The notes: generated by a model from the letters alone, not told the origin. DNA of 64,000 nt from an uncultured bacterium (GCA_963749495.1 CAVVMW010000001.1:320001-384000); one strand, 5' to 3'; positions 52,746 through 63,851 are shown, counted from the first letter of the stretch. Translations and numbers: made by a program.

Positions 52746-53138
52746 ATGCAAATCACAAAACAACTGGCGATCTTCCTGGACAACCGTCCCGGCACCTTGG
52801 CAAGCGTCGCCGACGCCCTGGCCGAGGCCAAGATCAACATCTATGCCATTATGACTAGCGACACGGTGGATCATACCGTGATTCGCCTGGTCGTGAGCGA
52901 TTATCGCAGGGCGTTGCACCTGTTCGAGGAGCACGGGACTCTGGTCGTCGAAGATGACGTGCTCATGTTCGAGGGGAGCAACAAACCGGGTGAACTGGCC
53001 CAGGTCGCCCACAAGCTGGCGGAGGCCAGGATCAACATCGAGTATTGCTACAGCGCCACGATGCCGGACGCCAAGAAGGGACTGCTCGTCCTGCGCGTCT
53101 CCAATCCCACCAAGGCCCTGGAAGTGCTCAACTCGTGA
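52746..53138 (+). CDS. Tandem ACT-domain protein
   Basis: QLAIFLDNRPGTLA...AKINI and NKPGELA...ARINIEYCY. Confidence 0.92.
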   Translation: MQITKQLAIFLDNRPGTLASVADALAEAKINIYAIMTSDTVDHTVIRLVVSDYRRALHLFEEHGTLVVEDDVLMFEGSNKPGELAQVAHKLAEARINIEYCYSATMPDAKKGLLVLRVSNPTKALEVLNS

Positions 53139-53375
53139 TTCGCTCGGACCCTGTGGCACCGGCATCCTCGTGGCGGCGGCATCCTGCCTGCGCCGTGGTG
53201 CATGGGACGTTGAGTGACTTTCGGGACCTTTGTCGCAGCCTTTGTCGCAGCCTTTGTCGAAAGCCGGCCCAATCCGACAAAGGCTGCGACAAAGGCTGCG
53301 ACAAAGGTCCCAAGATCATCCAAGGTCCGGCGCCGTGTGCCTGCGCTCTGCGGCCCCGAGTTTGCTCAACTCCCC

Positions 53376-54863
53376 ATGACCTCTTACCCGCTACTGTGTG
53401 AAATCAACACTCGTTGCTGGCTCCGGGAGTTGACCGAACACCACGGCGGTCCGGCCACCCTGGGCGATGTCCCGGCCGCCCAATTCGACCAATGGCGCCG
53501 GCTGGGTTTTACGCACGTCTGGCTGATGGGCGTTTGGGCCAGCGGGCCGCGGGCCCGGCAGGTGGCGCTGGCCGAGGCCCGCCGGCAGGCCCTGGACCGC
53601 AGCGTCCTGCCAGACTGGCAGCCGCAGGACATAGCCGGCTCCCCGTATGCCATCGGCGATTACCAGGTCCCGGAGACGCTGGGCGGCGAGGCAGGCCTTG
53701 CCGCGTTTCTCGAGCGGCTCCATGCCCAGGGGCTCAAGCTGCTCCTGGATTTTGTCCCCAACCATCTCGGCTTGGATCATCCCTGGCTCCGGCAACGGCC
53801 GGGAGTCTTCGTCCAGAGCCCGGACCCACGCCCCGGGACCTTCCGGCAACAGACTCGAGCGGGTCCCCGTTGGCTGGCGCACGGCAAAGACCCCTATTTC
53901 CCCCCCTGGACGGACACCGCCCAACTCGATTATCGCCGCCCGGACGCCCGCGCGGCCATGACCGGCCTGCTCCGGTCCGTGGCCGCGCGTTGCGACGGCG
54001 TCCGTTGCGACATGGCGATGCTCCTGCTCAACGACGTCTTCAACCGCACCTGGGAGACGTTCCCTGCCCTTGGACCGGCCCCGGCCTCGGAGTTCTGGGC
54101 CGATGCCATCGCCACGGTGAAAGAGGCCCTGCCGGATTTCCTCTTTCTGGCCGAGGCCTACTGGGGCCTGGGGCCACGCCTGCGGACCCTCGGCTTCGAT
54201 TATGTTTATGACAAGGAGTTGTATGACAGGCTGATGGGGCGGGATGCCGCGGGCCTCCACCAACACCTGTTCGGCTTGGCGCCGCAGGACCTGGCGGCCG
54301 GCGCGCATTTCCTCGAAAACCACGATGAGCCCCGCGTGGCCTCTCTCCTCTCCCTTGCCGAGCACCGCGCCGCCGCCCTGGTCATCCTCGGCCTGCCGGG
54401 AATGCGCTTCCTGCACGAGGGCCAGCTCTCCGGCGCCCGCGTCAGGGTCCCCGTGCAACTCCTGCGCCGGCCCGCGGAACCCGTCCAGGCCCCCATCCAG
54501 GAGTTCTACCAGACGCTGCTGACGGCACTGCAGGCGAGCGCTGTGGGCCACGGCGCGGGCCTGTTGCTGGCCCCGCGCCCCGCCTGGCCGGGCAACCCAA
54601 CCGACCGCAATTCTGTCCTGGTCCAATGGCAGGCGCGGCCACGGGCGTTTGACCTCGTGGCCGTGAATCTGGCCCCCCATCCCAGCCAGTGCTATGTCTC
54701 ATTGAATGTGCCCGAACTCGCAGCGTCCGAGTGGCGATTCGAGGATGCCCTGAGCCGGGACCAATTCTCGAGGGCGGGCCGGGAGTTGGAGCGGCAGGGG
54801 CTCTACCTCGACCTGCCGGCGCATGGGACGGCGCTGTTCCATGTGGAGCCGGGGGCTCAATGA
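53376..54863 (+). CDS. GH13 alpha-amylase-family glycosidase
   Basis: GSPYAI, LDFVPNH, DGVRCDMA, AEAYW, FLENHDE. Confidence 0.92.
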   Translation: MTSYPLLCEINTRCWLRELTEHHGGPATLGDVPAAQFDQWRRLGFTHVWLMGVWASGPRARQVALAEARRQALDRSVLPDWQPQDIAGSPYAIGDYQVPETLGGEAGLAAFLERLHAQGLKLLLDFVPNHLGLDHPWLRQRPGVFVQSPDPRPGTFRQQTRAGPRWLAHGKDPYFPPWTDTAQLDYRRPDARAAMTGLLRSVAARCDGVRCDMAMLLLNDVFNRTWETFPALGPAPASEFWADAIATVKEALPDFLFLAEAYWGLGPRLRTLGFDYVYDKELYDRLMGRDAAGLHQHLFGLAPQDLAAGAHFLENHDEPRVASLLSLAEHRAAALVILGLPGMRFLHEGQLSGARVRVPVQLLRRPAEPVQAPIQEFYQTLLTALQASAVGHGAGLLLAPRPAWPGNPTDRNSVLVQWQARPRAFDLVAVNLAPHPSQCYVSLNVPELAASEWRFEDALSRDQFSRAGRELERQGLYLDLPAHGTALFHVEPGAQ

Positions 54864-54960
54864 CAAATGACGAATGACGAATGACGAAAGTGCCCGGCAG
54901 GCTTGCCCATTCGTCATTCGTCATTCGTCATTCGTCATTCGTCATTCGTCATTCCTCATT
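54860..54960. repeat. Opposed heptamer arrays (ATGACGA)n / (CATTCGT)n; the first unit contains the GH13 stop codon
   Basis: Read directly. Confidence 0.9.
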
Positions 54961-55020
54961 CCGCCCCCGACCGTCAAGTAAGCTTGAGTTTTGTCGGCCC
55001 TTGTTCTAAAAAGGGCAACG

Positions 55021-55929
55021 ATGCATGACCCGAATCGACCGAGTCTGGCCAAGTGGCCGTTCTTTGCCGGCGACGCCTTGTTGCTGGGCGCCGCCTATTT
55101 TGTCTATGCCCGCAGCGAACTGCCGATGGGTGCGGGGCAGTTGGCCGTGGCGGTCTTTTGCGTGGCGGCCGGCGCTCTTCTCAGCATCACGCCCTTCCTC
55201 CTCGAATACCGGGGCCTGGTCCGGGTCTGGGAGGCCGCCGCCCTGACGAGCGTCGTTGAACAGGTCCGGAATCTGGAGGCCCTGGCCGTCGAAATTCGCC
55301 ACGCGACCGCCCAGTGGCAGAACGTCCAGGACGGGGCCGATAAGACCGTCGCCGCCGCCCAGGGCATCGCCGAACGGATGGCCGCCGAGGTGAAGTCCTT
55401 CTCCGAATTCATGCAGCGCGTCAACGATACCGAAAAGGCCAACCTGCGCCTCGAGGTCGAAAAGCTGCGCCGCGGCGAAGGCGACTGGCTGCAGATCCTT
55501 GTGCGCATGCTCGATCACGTCTATGCCCTCCACCAGGCGGGCCTGCGCTCCCGCCAGCCCACCCTCATCGAACAACTGACCCACTTCCAAAACGCCTGCC
55601 GCGAGGCCGCCCGCCGCGTGGGGCTCACCCCTTTCAGTGCGGAACCGGACGAGCCGTTCGACCCCAAGCGCCACCAGGCCGTCGAGGGCAACGGCCAACC
55701 GCCCGACGCGGCGCGGGTGGGCGAAACCGTGGCAACCGGTTACACCTTCCAGGGCCGGTTCCTCCGCGCCGCCCTGGTGCGGCTGCGCGACCCGGAGCCG
55801 GGACAGACTGCCGCCCCCGACCCGGCCGCCGACGCTGCCCCGGCTGACGACGCCACCCCAGCCGCCGCCGACCAGCAGAATTCGCCGCCAATGTCAAATA
55901 ACTCGCATCAGGGCTCACCCGCAGAGTGA
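55021..55929 (+). CDS. Membrane-anchored coiled-coil protein with C-terminal GrpE-like domain
   Basis: Two N-terminal TMs; EPFDPKRHQAVE...ETVATGYTFQGRFLRAALV matches the GrpE head motif. Confidence 0.75.
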   Translation: MHDPNRPSLAKWPFFAGDALLLGAAYFVYARSELPMGAGQLAVAVFCVAAGALLSITPFLLEYRGLVRVWEAAALTSVVEQVRNLEALAVEIRHATAQWQNVQDGADKTVAAAQGIAERMAAEVKSFSEFMQRVNDTEKANLRLEVEKLRRGEGDWLQILVRMLDHVYALHQAGLRSRQPTLIEQLTHFQNACREAARRVGLTPFSAEPDEPFDPKRHQAVEGNGQPPDAARVGETVATGYTFQGRFLRAALVRLRDPEPGQTAAPDPAADAAPADDATPAAADQQNSPPMSNNSHQGSPAE

Positions 55930-56040
55930 GCCCGCCGATGCACCAGGGCCGAAGGCCCGCAATGTGAGAGCCTGGGCTGGAGCGAGTCCGACGAGCGGAG
56001 GCCCAGGTCAACCGCCGTCGCGAACGTCCCGAGCCCTGTA

Positions 56041-56290
56041 AGAATTCCCCGAACGAATTCGCGCTTTGCGCCCCTGAACCTCGACACTGCGTTCCCGTCC
56101 CGCGAAGCGTTTTGGACTGCGGCAGTCCAAAACCTTCGGACTTGGTGTCTGTTCATGGAGAGGCTCGACGGTTTTGAAATCGTGCATGCGGACCATGAAC
56201 CGGTTAGTGCATGGCGACGGAAGCCGCGAAGCGTTTTGGACTGCCGCAGTCCAAAACCTCGCGGGCCTCTTCACGGGTTCATGGAGAGGG
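56041..56290 (-). mobile_element. Modular repeat element (52-bp GGTTCATGG...CCATGAACC unit plus REP cassettes); inverted relative of 63247-63834
   Basis: Shares both ends, the 52-bp unit (56150-56201) and one cassette with the 63 kb copy. Confidence 0.75.
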
Positions 56291-56461
56291 CGCCAGAGCC
56301 CTCTAAATCGAACGACGCAACCTTGGCACAACGTTTGTCGCAGCCTTTGTCGGATCCTTTGTCGAGAATTGGGGCCTTCGACAAAGGTTGCGACAAAGGC
56401 TGCGACGAAGGTCCAGAATCCAGATGGGTGTGCCAATGTTGGCCGCTCCGATGTAGCGCCC

Positions 56462-57802
56462 TCAGGGCGCCCAATCTTCCGGGGGCATGTTCCCAGGGGA
56501 TCGGCCTGACGGCCTCAAGGCTATGTTCTGGCGGCCCGCTGGGCCGCGGGTGCTGCCGCCGTGAGGGGCTCGCTCGCGTTCGAGCAGGGTTGGGTGCGAA
56601 TAGTAGAAGCGGCTGTAGAGCGGGTGCGGGGTGAGGTTGCTCAGGTTCTTCTGGTTGAGCTTGCGCAAAGCCCCGATGAGGGAGCGCGGCTCGCCCATCA
56701 CCTGGGCGGCAAAGGCGTCGGCCTGGTACTCGTGCCTGCGGGACCACCAATGGGCCAGCGGCGAGAGCCAGAACGTCGCCACGCCCGACAGGAGGGCCAA
56801 GAGCAGCAGCGCCGGCGCGATATTGCCCGGCTCGAACCCGAAGGCGCGGTAGAACCAGGGCTGGCGCGAGAGCAGCCGGACCAGGCAAAAGCCCGCCAGC
56901 GAACCCAGGGCCGAGGCGGCCAACGTCTTGGGGATGTGCTTCTTTTTGTAGTGCCCGATCTCATGCGCCAGGACCGCCTCGAGCTCCGGCTCGGCCAGTT
57001 GCTGGATGAGGGTGTCGAAGAGGACGATCTTTCGGAAGCTGCCGAAGCCGGTGAAGAAGGCATTGGAGTGGCGCGAGCGCCGGCTGCCGTCCATGACCTG
57101 GATGCTCCTGGCCCGGAAGCGGGTCCGGTCGGCCAGGGCCAGCAGGCGTTGGCGCAAGCTGCCCTGGGGCAGCGGCGTGAACTTGTTAAAGAGCGGGAGG
57201 ATGAGGACGGGCGCCAGCACGGACATGAGCAGTTGAAAGCCCAGCAGCGCGGCCCAGGCCCACAGCCACCAGGCCGGCCCCGTCCATTGGACTAGCTCGA
57301 GCACCAGCCACAGCAACGGGTAGCCCAGCGCAAAACCCAGCAGCACACCCTTGAGGCGGTCCAACCACCACAGCTTCTGCGTCGTCGTGTTGAATCCGAA
57401 CCGTTCCTCGATGTGGAACTGATCGTACCAGTCCAGCGGCAGGTTCGGCAGCGACAGGACCAGCCCCGTCGCGAACAGGAAGGCCGCCATCGCCCAGGGC
57501 GCCCGGCCCAGTGTCTGCTCGAAGCAGCGCAGTCCCCAGGGCAGCAGCCCGCTGAAGAGCACCGCCACCAGCACCATCGAGTCATACGCCAGCTCGATTT
57601 GGCGCAGGCGCGAGTTGGCCAGGGCGTAGCGCACCGATTTGGCGTAAGTCGGTTCGTCCATGAGGCCCTGGAAGGCCTCCGGCAGGGCCTTGGCGTGGGC
57701 CAGCACGTTGCGCCGGTTCACCCGCTCCAGCCAGAGTTGGGTCAGGACCTTGGCCAGGATGAGAACCAGTGTGGCACCGGCGAAAGAAGTGAACCCCGTC
57801 AT
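56462..57802 (-). CDS. M48 (Ste24/CAAX-like) zinc metallopeptidase; true stop probably at 56521 (extra base near 56566)
   Basis: FGFNTTT, NAFFTGFG, AVLAHEIGH, EYQAD, YSHPTLLER. Confidence 0.92.
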   Translation of the reverse strand: MTGFTSFAGATLVLILAKVLTQLWLERVNRRNVLAHAKALPEAFQGLMDEPTYAKSVRYALANSRLRQIELAYDSMVLVAVLFSGLLPWGLRCFEQTLGRAPWAMAAFLFATGLVLSLPNLPLDWYDQFHIEERFGFNTTTQKLWWLDRLKGVLLGFALGYPLLWLVLELVQWTGPAWWLWAWAALLGFQLLMSVLAPVLILPLFNKFTPLPQGSLRQRLLALADRTRFRARSIQVMDGSRRSRHSNAFFTGFGSFRKIVLFDTLIQQLAEPELEAVLAHEIGHYKKKHIPKTLAASALGSLAGFCLVRLLSRQPWFYRAFGFEPGNIAPALLLLALLSGVATFWLSPLAHWWSRRHEYQADAFAAQVMGEPRSLIGALRKLNQKNLSNLTPHPLYSRFYYSHPTLLERERAPHGGSTRGPAGRQNIALRPSGRSPGNMPPEDWAP

Positions 57803-57838
57803 TCGTCATTCGTCATTCGTCATTCGTCATTCGTCATT
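57798..57838 (-). repeat. (GAATGAC)n array whose last unit supplies the M48 start codon
   Basis: ATGs at 57837, 57830, 57823, 57816, 57809 and 57802. Confidence 0.9.
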
Positions 57839-57853
57839 TCGAGCTGCGCCCGG

Positions 57854-59102
57854 CTAAAACTCAAACCTTACGTCTCCCAGGCGCCGGGCGATTTCGGCCA
57901 CTATTCGCTCCTCGTCGGCCTGGCTGGGGGCCGCGAACGTCACGCTCCATCGCAGGTAGGCCCCGGCGTCGTCCCACGGCACGGTTGAGATCAGTTTCTC
58001 GGTGATGAGCCACTGCGAGACCTCCTCGGCGCTGCGGAACTGGAGGCGCGCGCCGTCCCGCCTGGCGGCCGCTTTGGGGGCCTTGACATAGAGGAAGAAG
58101 GAGCCCTTGGGCTTGCGGGCTTGGAAGCCGGCCTCGCCCAGCACCCGCACCAGGGCGTCCATCCGGCGCGAGTACTTGGCGGCGATTTGCCGGGTGATCT
58201 CCGGGTGGTCAAAGCCGTGCGCCGCCGCGTGCTGGATGGCCAGGAACTGGCCCGAGTCCGTATTGTCCTTGACGTCGCCGTAGGCCTTGACCAGGAGCGG
58301 GTTGCCGGCCACGAACCCGCACCGCCAACCGGTCATGTTGAAGCTCTTGCTGGCCGAGTGCAGTTCCACTCCCACCTCCTTGGCCCCGGGCGCCGCCAGG
58401 AAGCTCAGCGGCCGGCCCTCGAACACCAGCGCCGCATAGGCGGCATCATGGACGACGAGCAGGCGGTTGCGTTTGGCGAAGGCCGCCGCCTCGGCAAAAA
58501 ACTCCGGCGTCGCGCTGGCCCCGGTCGGGTTGTTGGGATAGTTGAGCACCAGCACCTTGGCCTGCCCCAGCACCTGGGCCGGGACTGAACCGAGGTCGGG
58601 AAGAAACCCCCTCTCCTGCGTCAACGGCAGGTTATAGACCCGCCCGCCATAGTACTGGGCGTGGGTGCCAAAGACCGGGTAGCCGGGCGTGGTCATCAAG
58701 ACGTAATCGCCCGGGTTGACCAGTGCCGCCGGCAGAATCGAGAGCGCGGCCTTGCTCCCAATCGAGTGCAGCACCTCGGTCTCCGGATCGATGCCCTTGA
58801 CGCCGCACACGCGGTCCAGGTACCGCGCGGCCGCCTCTTTCAATACCGCGTCCCCATTGTCCGCGTACCCCCGGTTCTCCGGCCGGCGCGCCTCGGCACA
58901 CAGCTTCTCGACGACCTCCGCATAGGCCATCTCGTCCGGTTCGCCCACCCCCAGGTCCAGTATCTCCGCTCCGGGATGCGCCGCTATCGCCGCCCGCTTG
59001 GCCCGTTTGATCTTCTCGAACTTGTAAACGGCGCTCGACTTGCCGTACCTGACGCCCGCCGATCCGCTCGGCAAAGAGGTCCTGAATATATGATTCAACC
59101 AT
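57854..59102 (-). CDS. dapL: LL-diaminopimelate aminotransferase (class I/II PLP); one-base frameshift near 59050
   Basis: MVESYIQDLFAERIGG| joins YGKSSAVYKFEKIKRAK...DLGVGEPD...NYPNNPTG...HDAAY...SKSFNMTGWR. Confidence 0.8.
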
Positions 59103-59287
59103 ATCCGGCCAATGACACTAGTGGAGAAGCCCCGCCGGCGCAAGACGGCGACAGCCCCGGAGTGCGCCCGTCCCCGGGCGCAGCAGCGACGGAGCGGGCA
59201 GGCGCGCCGGAGTAGCTGACCGCTGCCCTGGGTGCGGACGTCGCTGCGCCCGAGGACGGGCGCACTCCGGGGGGGCAGGGTCGGGAT

Positions 59288-59529
59288 GCGCCCCAGGGCC
59301 GAAGGCCCGCCATGTGACAGCCTTGGCCGGAGCGAGCACGCGAGCGGAGGCCCAGGTTGCCGACCGAGAAGCTCCTGCGCCCTGCAAGGGCGCCACACGG
59401 CCCGGCTCCCCTGCGTAACGGGTCCCGGCCTTACAGGCCCGGGTCGTTTTCGCGGGGCTCTGGCTTACCCGGCCCTCCGCTCCGCTCCAGGCCGGGCTAT
59501 CCCATGACGGGCCTTCGGCCCTGGGGCGC
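59288..59529. repeat. Inverted-repeat element GCGCCCCAGGGCCGAAGGCCCG...CGGGCCTTCGGCCCTGGGGCGC; partial copy at about 55943-56007
   Basis: About 22-bp terminal arms. Confidence 0.75.
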
Positions 59530-59596
59530 ACGGCGTACGCTGCCCCGACAAAGTGGTCGACAGGCTCCGGTGACTTTGGTAGATTGACGCCACCGA

Positions 59597-60043
59597 ATGC
59601 GAATCCTATTTCTGAATGGCCCGAACTTGAACCTGTTGGGTCAACGGGAGCCGGAGATCTATGGCCACACGACGCTGGCCGACATCGAGGCTATGGTTCG
59701 CAAACGGGCAGCCGGGCTCGGCGTGGAGGTCGGGTTCCGTCAATCCAACCTGGAGGGGGACTTGGTGAACTGGGTGCAGCAAGCCAAAGGGCAGTTTGAC
59801 GCGATAGTGCTGAATGCCGCCGCCTATACTCACACGAGCATCGCCCTGCGGGATGCGATCGCGGCAGTCGGCTTGCCCACCATCGAAGTCCATCTTTCGA
59901 ATGTCCACGCCCGGGAAGAGTTCCGGCACAGATCGGTGCTGGCGCCAGTCTGCTGCGGGGTGATAGCAGGGTTCGGCGCAGATTCCTACCTGTTGGGATT
60001 AGAGGCTGCGCATAACGTTAACGTCCGGAAGGCCGGGCATTGA
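59597..60043 (+). CDS. aroQ: Type II 3-dehydroquinate dehydratase
   Basis: [40 protein letters not shown]. Confidence 0.97.
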   Translation: MRILFLNGPNLNLLGQREPEIYGHTTLADIEAMVRKRAAGLGVEVGFRQSNLEGDLVNWVQQAKGQFDAIVLNAAAYTHTSIALRDAIAAVGLPTIEVHLSNVHAREEFRHRSVLAPVCCGVIAGFGADSYLLGLEAAHNVNVRKAGH

Positions 60044-60104
60044 TGACCTGTTTTTGCAGGGGTGCAACCCCATTTCAGGCGGTGTCCGTTGTTGTTTTTG
60101 CTGC

Positions 60105-60134
60105 TTGACGCTTTTCAAGCGAATAGAGTATTCT
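60105..60134 (+). promoter_or_regulatory. Putative sigma70 promoter for accBC (TTGACG-18-TATTCT)
   Basis: Motif in AT-rich intergenic DNA. Confidence 0.45.
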
Positions 60135-60222
60135 AAGCAGCCTTGATGCACGCTGGTCTGGTTCTTACGAAGGTTCAACTGCTAATTGTCAGGTGTTCGT
60201 ACAACTCTAACGATAAAAGGCC

Positions 60223-60702
60223 GTGGATTTAAAAGACATCAAAGCCATCATCGACCTGATGAAGAAGAACTCCGTCTCGGAGTTCGAGCTTGAGAAACAG
60301 GACTTCAAGATCAGGCTCAAACGCAGCCCCAACGGAGGGGGCGCACCGCCGGCATCCGTGTCCTACGAGGAAGCGCCTGTCCTGAATTACAGCCAGCCGC
60401 CTGCGCTGGGTCCAGCGCTAACTCCGCCAGTGCCGCAAGCGCTGCCCGTCCCGCCCAGTCCGGAGCTGGAAATCAAGTCGCCTATGATCGGCACGTTCTA
60501 TCGCGCGCCCTCGCCTGATTCGGCCGCTTATGTCGAGGTCGGTGTCGAGGTCAACCCGGAGACAGTGGTCTGCATAATCGAGGCGATGAAGGTCATGAAT
60601 GAGATCAAGGCCGAAGCCAAGGGCGTCATCACCCAAGTCCTGGTCGAGAACGCCAAGCCAGTCGAGTTCGGGCAGACGCTCTTCAAGCTGCGGCCGACAT
60701 GA
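60223..60702 (+). CDS. accB: Acetyl-CoA carboxylase biotin carboxyl carrier protein
   Basis: SPMIGTFY, IIEAMKVMNEI biotinylation motif. Confidence 0.97.
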   Translation: MDLKDIKAIIDLMKKNSVSEFELEKQDFKIRLKRSPNGGGAPPASVSYEEAPVLNYSQPPALGPALTPPVPQALPVPPSPELEIKSPMIGTFYRAPSPDSAAYVEVGVEVNPETVVCIIEAMKVMNEIKAEAKGVITQVLVENAKPVEFGQTLFKLRPT

Positions 60703-60720
60703 ACCAGGCTGTGAGGCTGC

Positions 60721-62097
60721 ATGTTTGAGAAGATTCTGGTAGCAAACCGCGGGGAGATAGCCGTCCGCATCATCCGCGCGTGCAAAGAGTTGAATATCCG
60801 CACGGTGGCGATTTATTCGGAGGCGGATATCAGCTCGATGCACGTGCAGATGGCGGACGAGGCGATCTGTATCGGTCCAGCCCCCGCCAGCGAGAGTTAT
60901 TTGCGGATCGACCGCATTGTGAGCGCGGCGGAGATAACGGACGTGGATGCCCTCCACCCCGGTTATGGGTTTCTGGCGGAGGACGGGCATTTCGCGGATG
61001 TCTGCGAGAGTTGCAATATTCGATTCATCGGGCCCAATTCGCGGGCGATGAACGCGCTGCAAGACAAGGCGGTCAGCCGTGCCCTGGCCAAGAAGGCGGA
61101 CGTGCCGACGCCCCCCGGCTCGGAGGGGGTGGTGGAGACGGAGCAGGATGCCCTGGCGGTGGCCAAACGCATCGGCTACCCGGTGATGATCAAGGCCATT
61201 GCCGGGGGCGGGGGCCGCGGGATGCGTGTGGCCCACAACGACATCTCGCTGGTCAAAGGCTATCACACCGCCCGGAGCGAGGCCGAGAAGGCCTTCGGCA
61301 ACTCGGGGGTCTATATCGAGAAGTACATCGAAAACCCCCACCATATCGAGTTTCAAATCCTGGGCGACAACAAGGGCAATATCATCCATCTGGGCGAGCG
61401 GGACTGCTCGATTCAGCGCCGCAACCAGAAGGTGGTCGAGGAGTGCCCCTCCCCCTTCCTGGAGATCCCCAAATTCAAGAAGCTCCGCGAGAAAATGGGC
61501 AAGGCCGCCATCCGCATCGCCAAAGAGGCCAATTACACCAATGCCGGCACCGTCGAGTTCATCGTGGACGCCGAGGGCAATTACTACTTCCTGGAGATGA
61601 ACAAGCGCATCCAGGTCGAGCATCCCATCACCGAAGAGGTCACCGGGATTGACCTGGTCCGCTACCAGATCATGCTGGCGATGGGCGAGCCGTTGCGCAT
61701 CTCCACCAGCGACGTCCAGGTCCGGGGCCATGCCATCGAGTGCCGTATCAATGCCGAGGACCCGTTCGACGACTTCCGGCCAAGCCCGGGCCGGATCGAG
61801 ATGTACTACCAGCCCGGCGGGCGCGGCGTGCGGGTCGATACCCATGTCTATGCCGGCTACACCATACCCCCGACTTACGACTCGATGCTCGGCAAACTCA
61901 TTACCTGGGGCAGAACCCGGCGCGAGGCGATGGACAAAATGAGCCGCGCCTTGAGCGAGTACATGATTACAGGCATCAAGACCACCATCTCCTTCGAGCA
62001 GGCCATTCTCCAGGACCCCAATTTCCGCCGCGGCGTCTATTCCACCAGCTTCGTTGACCAACTCCTGAGCGGGGCGCGCCGGGAACTCATCGAGTGA
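60721..62097 (+). CDS. accC: Biotin carboxylase
   Basis: [37 protein letters not shown]. Confidence 0.97.
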   Translation: MFEKILVANRGEIAVRIIRACKELNIRTVAIYSEADISSMHVQMADEAICIGPAPASESYLRIDRIVSAAEITDVDALHPGYGFLAEDGHFADVCESCNIRFIGPNSRAMNALQDKAVSRALAKKADVPTPPGSEGVVETEQDALAVAKRIGYPVMIKAIAGGGGRGMRVAHNDISLVKGYHTARSEAEKAFGNSGVYIEKYIENPHHIEFQILGDNKGNIIHLGERDCSIQRRNQKVVEECPSPFLEIPKFKKLREKMGKAAIRIAKEANYTNAGTVEFIVDAEGNYYFLEMNKRIQVEHPITEEVTGIDLVRYQIMLAMGEPLRISTSDVQVRGHAIECRINAEDPFDDFRPSPGRIEMYYQPGGRGVRVDTHVYAGYTIPPTYDSMLGKLITWGRTRREAMDKMSRALSEYMITGIKTTISFEQAILQDPNFRRGVYSTSFVDQLLSGARRELIE

Positions 62098-63013
62098 GCT
62101 GAGCCAGCTTCATCCCCTCGCGGCGGAGCAGAGTCGCTTCGACTCGCGGGACGTACATCTGCGTCTCGGCAGGCAGGTGCGGGGCAATGGCGTCGAACCC
62201 GGCGGCCTTGTGTTGTTGCAGGAGCTTATCGATGGCGCCTTCGCCGGCATTGTAGGCGGCCAGGGCCAGGCGCCAGTCCTTGAAGTGGCCGTGCAGGTGC
62301 TGGAGGTATTTGGCGGCGGCGACGGCGCTGGGCTCGGGTTTGAGCCGCTGGTCCGAGGGCCAGCGCCTGAGGCCAAATCGCTTGGCGGTCGCCGGCATGA
62401 GCTGGAAGAGGCCGGCTGCCCCGGCCGGGCTGCGCGCCCTGGGGTCGAACGAGGATTCCACCTCGGCAATCCAGACCAGCTCCGGCGGGACTTGTTGGGC
62501 GGCAAACAGCGGTTTGAGCCGGGGCACGTAGGTCTTTGCATTGTCGGGCCACGGCCGGTCCACGAGCTTGTCGATCCAGACCTGGCGCTCCTGCTGCGGG
62601 GTGGGGTTGGGGGCGCGCAGCCGGGGCTGGCCGGGCCGGGGTTTGGGCGCCTTGATGATGAGGCGCAACTCATCGGCCGCGTCGAGGTAATCGAGTTGGG
62701 ACTTGAGCCACAGGGCGTAAGGCAGTGTCTCCTCGTAGCGTTCCAGCAGCGGCAGGATGGTCCTGGCGGTGTCCTTCAACGCGGCCAGGTCGATGACATA
62801 CTCCCCGGCGAGCCGTTTCTGGAGGTCATCCAGAAACTGCCGCACCTTGTCCTGGTCCACGTTCTGCAGCGCGCGCAACACGTCGTCGTCCAGGTTCTCC
62901 TGGGTCCATTCCTGGGCCGATTGCACGAGGTCGTCCAGCGTGACGGATTGGTTTTGGGCCTGGACCAGCAGCCCGCTCAGGAGCAACGCCGCAAGCAGCC
63001 CAACGGTTCTCAT
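62087..63013 (-). CDS. Lytic transglycosylase (SLT/MltD-like)
   Basis: Signal peptide, [34 protein letters not shown]. Confidence 0.92.
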   Translation of the reverse strand: MRTVGLLAALLLSGLLVQAQNQSVTLDDLVQSAQEWTQENLDDDVLRALQNVDQDKVRQFLDDLQKRLAGEYVIDLAALKDTARTILPLLERYEETLPYALWLKSQLDYLDAADELRLIIKAPKPRPGQPRLRAPNPTPQQERQVWIDKLVDRPWPDNAKTYVPRLKPLFAAQQVPPELVWIAEVESSFDPRARSPAGAAGLFQLMPATAKRFGLRRWPSDQRLKPEPSAVAAAKYLQHLHGHFKDWRLALAAYNAGEGAIDKLLQQHKAAGFDAIAPHLPAETQMYVPRVEATLLRREGMKLAQLTR

Positions 63014-63246
63014 GGCCCGCAGCTTACCAGCCCCGCCCCGCTTTTCAACCACCGTCCCGTTTGTCGCCTTTGTGCGGGCGCGCCTGACTGGAACCACCAC
63101 GGCACGAACGGCCAGCCCCAACGCTGGCGTGCCTGATCCATCCCGAAGGGATCGGAATCACTCAGCCCAGGGTTGCGCGGCACGCGCTACCCTGGGTCAC
63201 GTGCCCTCTGATCGACTACCCTGAAAGGGTTGCATCGGTGATGAAA

Positions 63247-63834
63247 CCCTTTCCATGAACCGAAAAACGCATCCGTTGATTTCCAACCACTTACGCGTTT
63301 TGGGTTCATGGTCCCAATGCATGCGCAAAAGCGAAAGGAGGCTCTCCATGAAGCGAAGCGAAGGCCGCGAGCTGTTCGGAGGGAGAGCGCGGGAAAACCG
63401 CGCACTCCAGACGCTTCGCGAGGGAGGGACACGCGGCCAACATCGCGAAGCGTCTGGAGTGCGGCGTATTCCGCCGCTCTGGCTTCCGACGAGATACGCG
63501 CTCCAAGTTCAGGGTCCCAATGCACTCGCAAGAGCGAAAGGGGGCTCTCCATGAACCGAAAACACATCCGTTGATTTCCAACGACTTACGCGTTTTGGGT
63601 TCATCGTCCCAATGCATGCGCAAAAGCGAAAGGAGGCTCCCCATGAACCGACACCAGCTCCGAAGGTTTTGGACTGCGGTCCCGATCCATCGGGACCGCT
63701 CTCGCCTCCCCAGCGAGGGGACAAAAAAGCGGTCCTGATACTGCATCGGGACCGCAGTCCAAAACGCTACGCGGGATGGGGACGCAACATCGAGGTTCAG
63801 GGGCGCAAGCCGCGAATTCCCTCGGGGGATTCTC
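63247..63834 (+). mobile_element. Modular array: three 52-bp repeat units plus a terminal unit, separated by variable cassettes
   Basis: Units at 63303-63354, 63506-63557 and 63598-63649; terminal unit at 63794-63834. Confidence 0.8.
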
Positions 63835-63851
63835 TCAGGGTTCTCAGCCTT

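Noticed and set aside
59103..59398. N-terminal extension of the dapL ORF (similar extensions at 14983, 41962, 53214, 27147)
   Set aside because: Extensions run through repeats or upstream genes; better starts lie downstream.
63247..63834. CRISPR array or integron cassette array
   Set aside because: Repeats are 52 bp and divergent, spacers are 40-151 bp and partly duplicated, there are no cas or intI genes, and no canonical attC core sites were seen.
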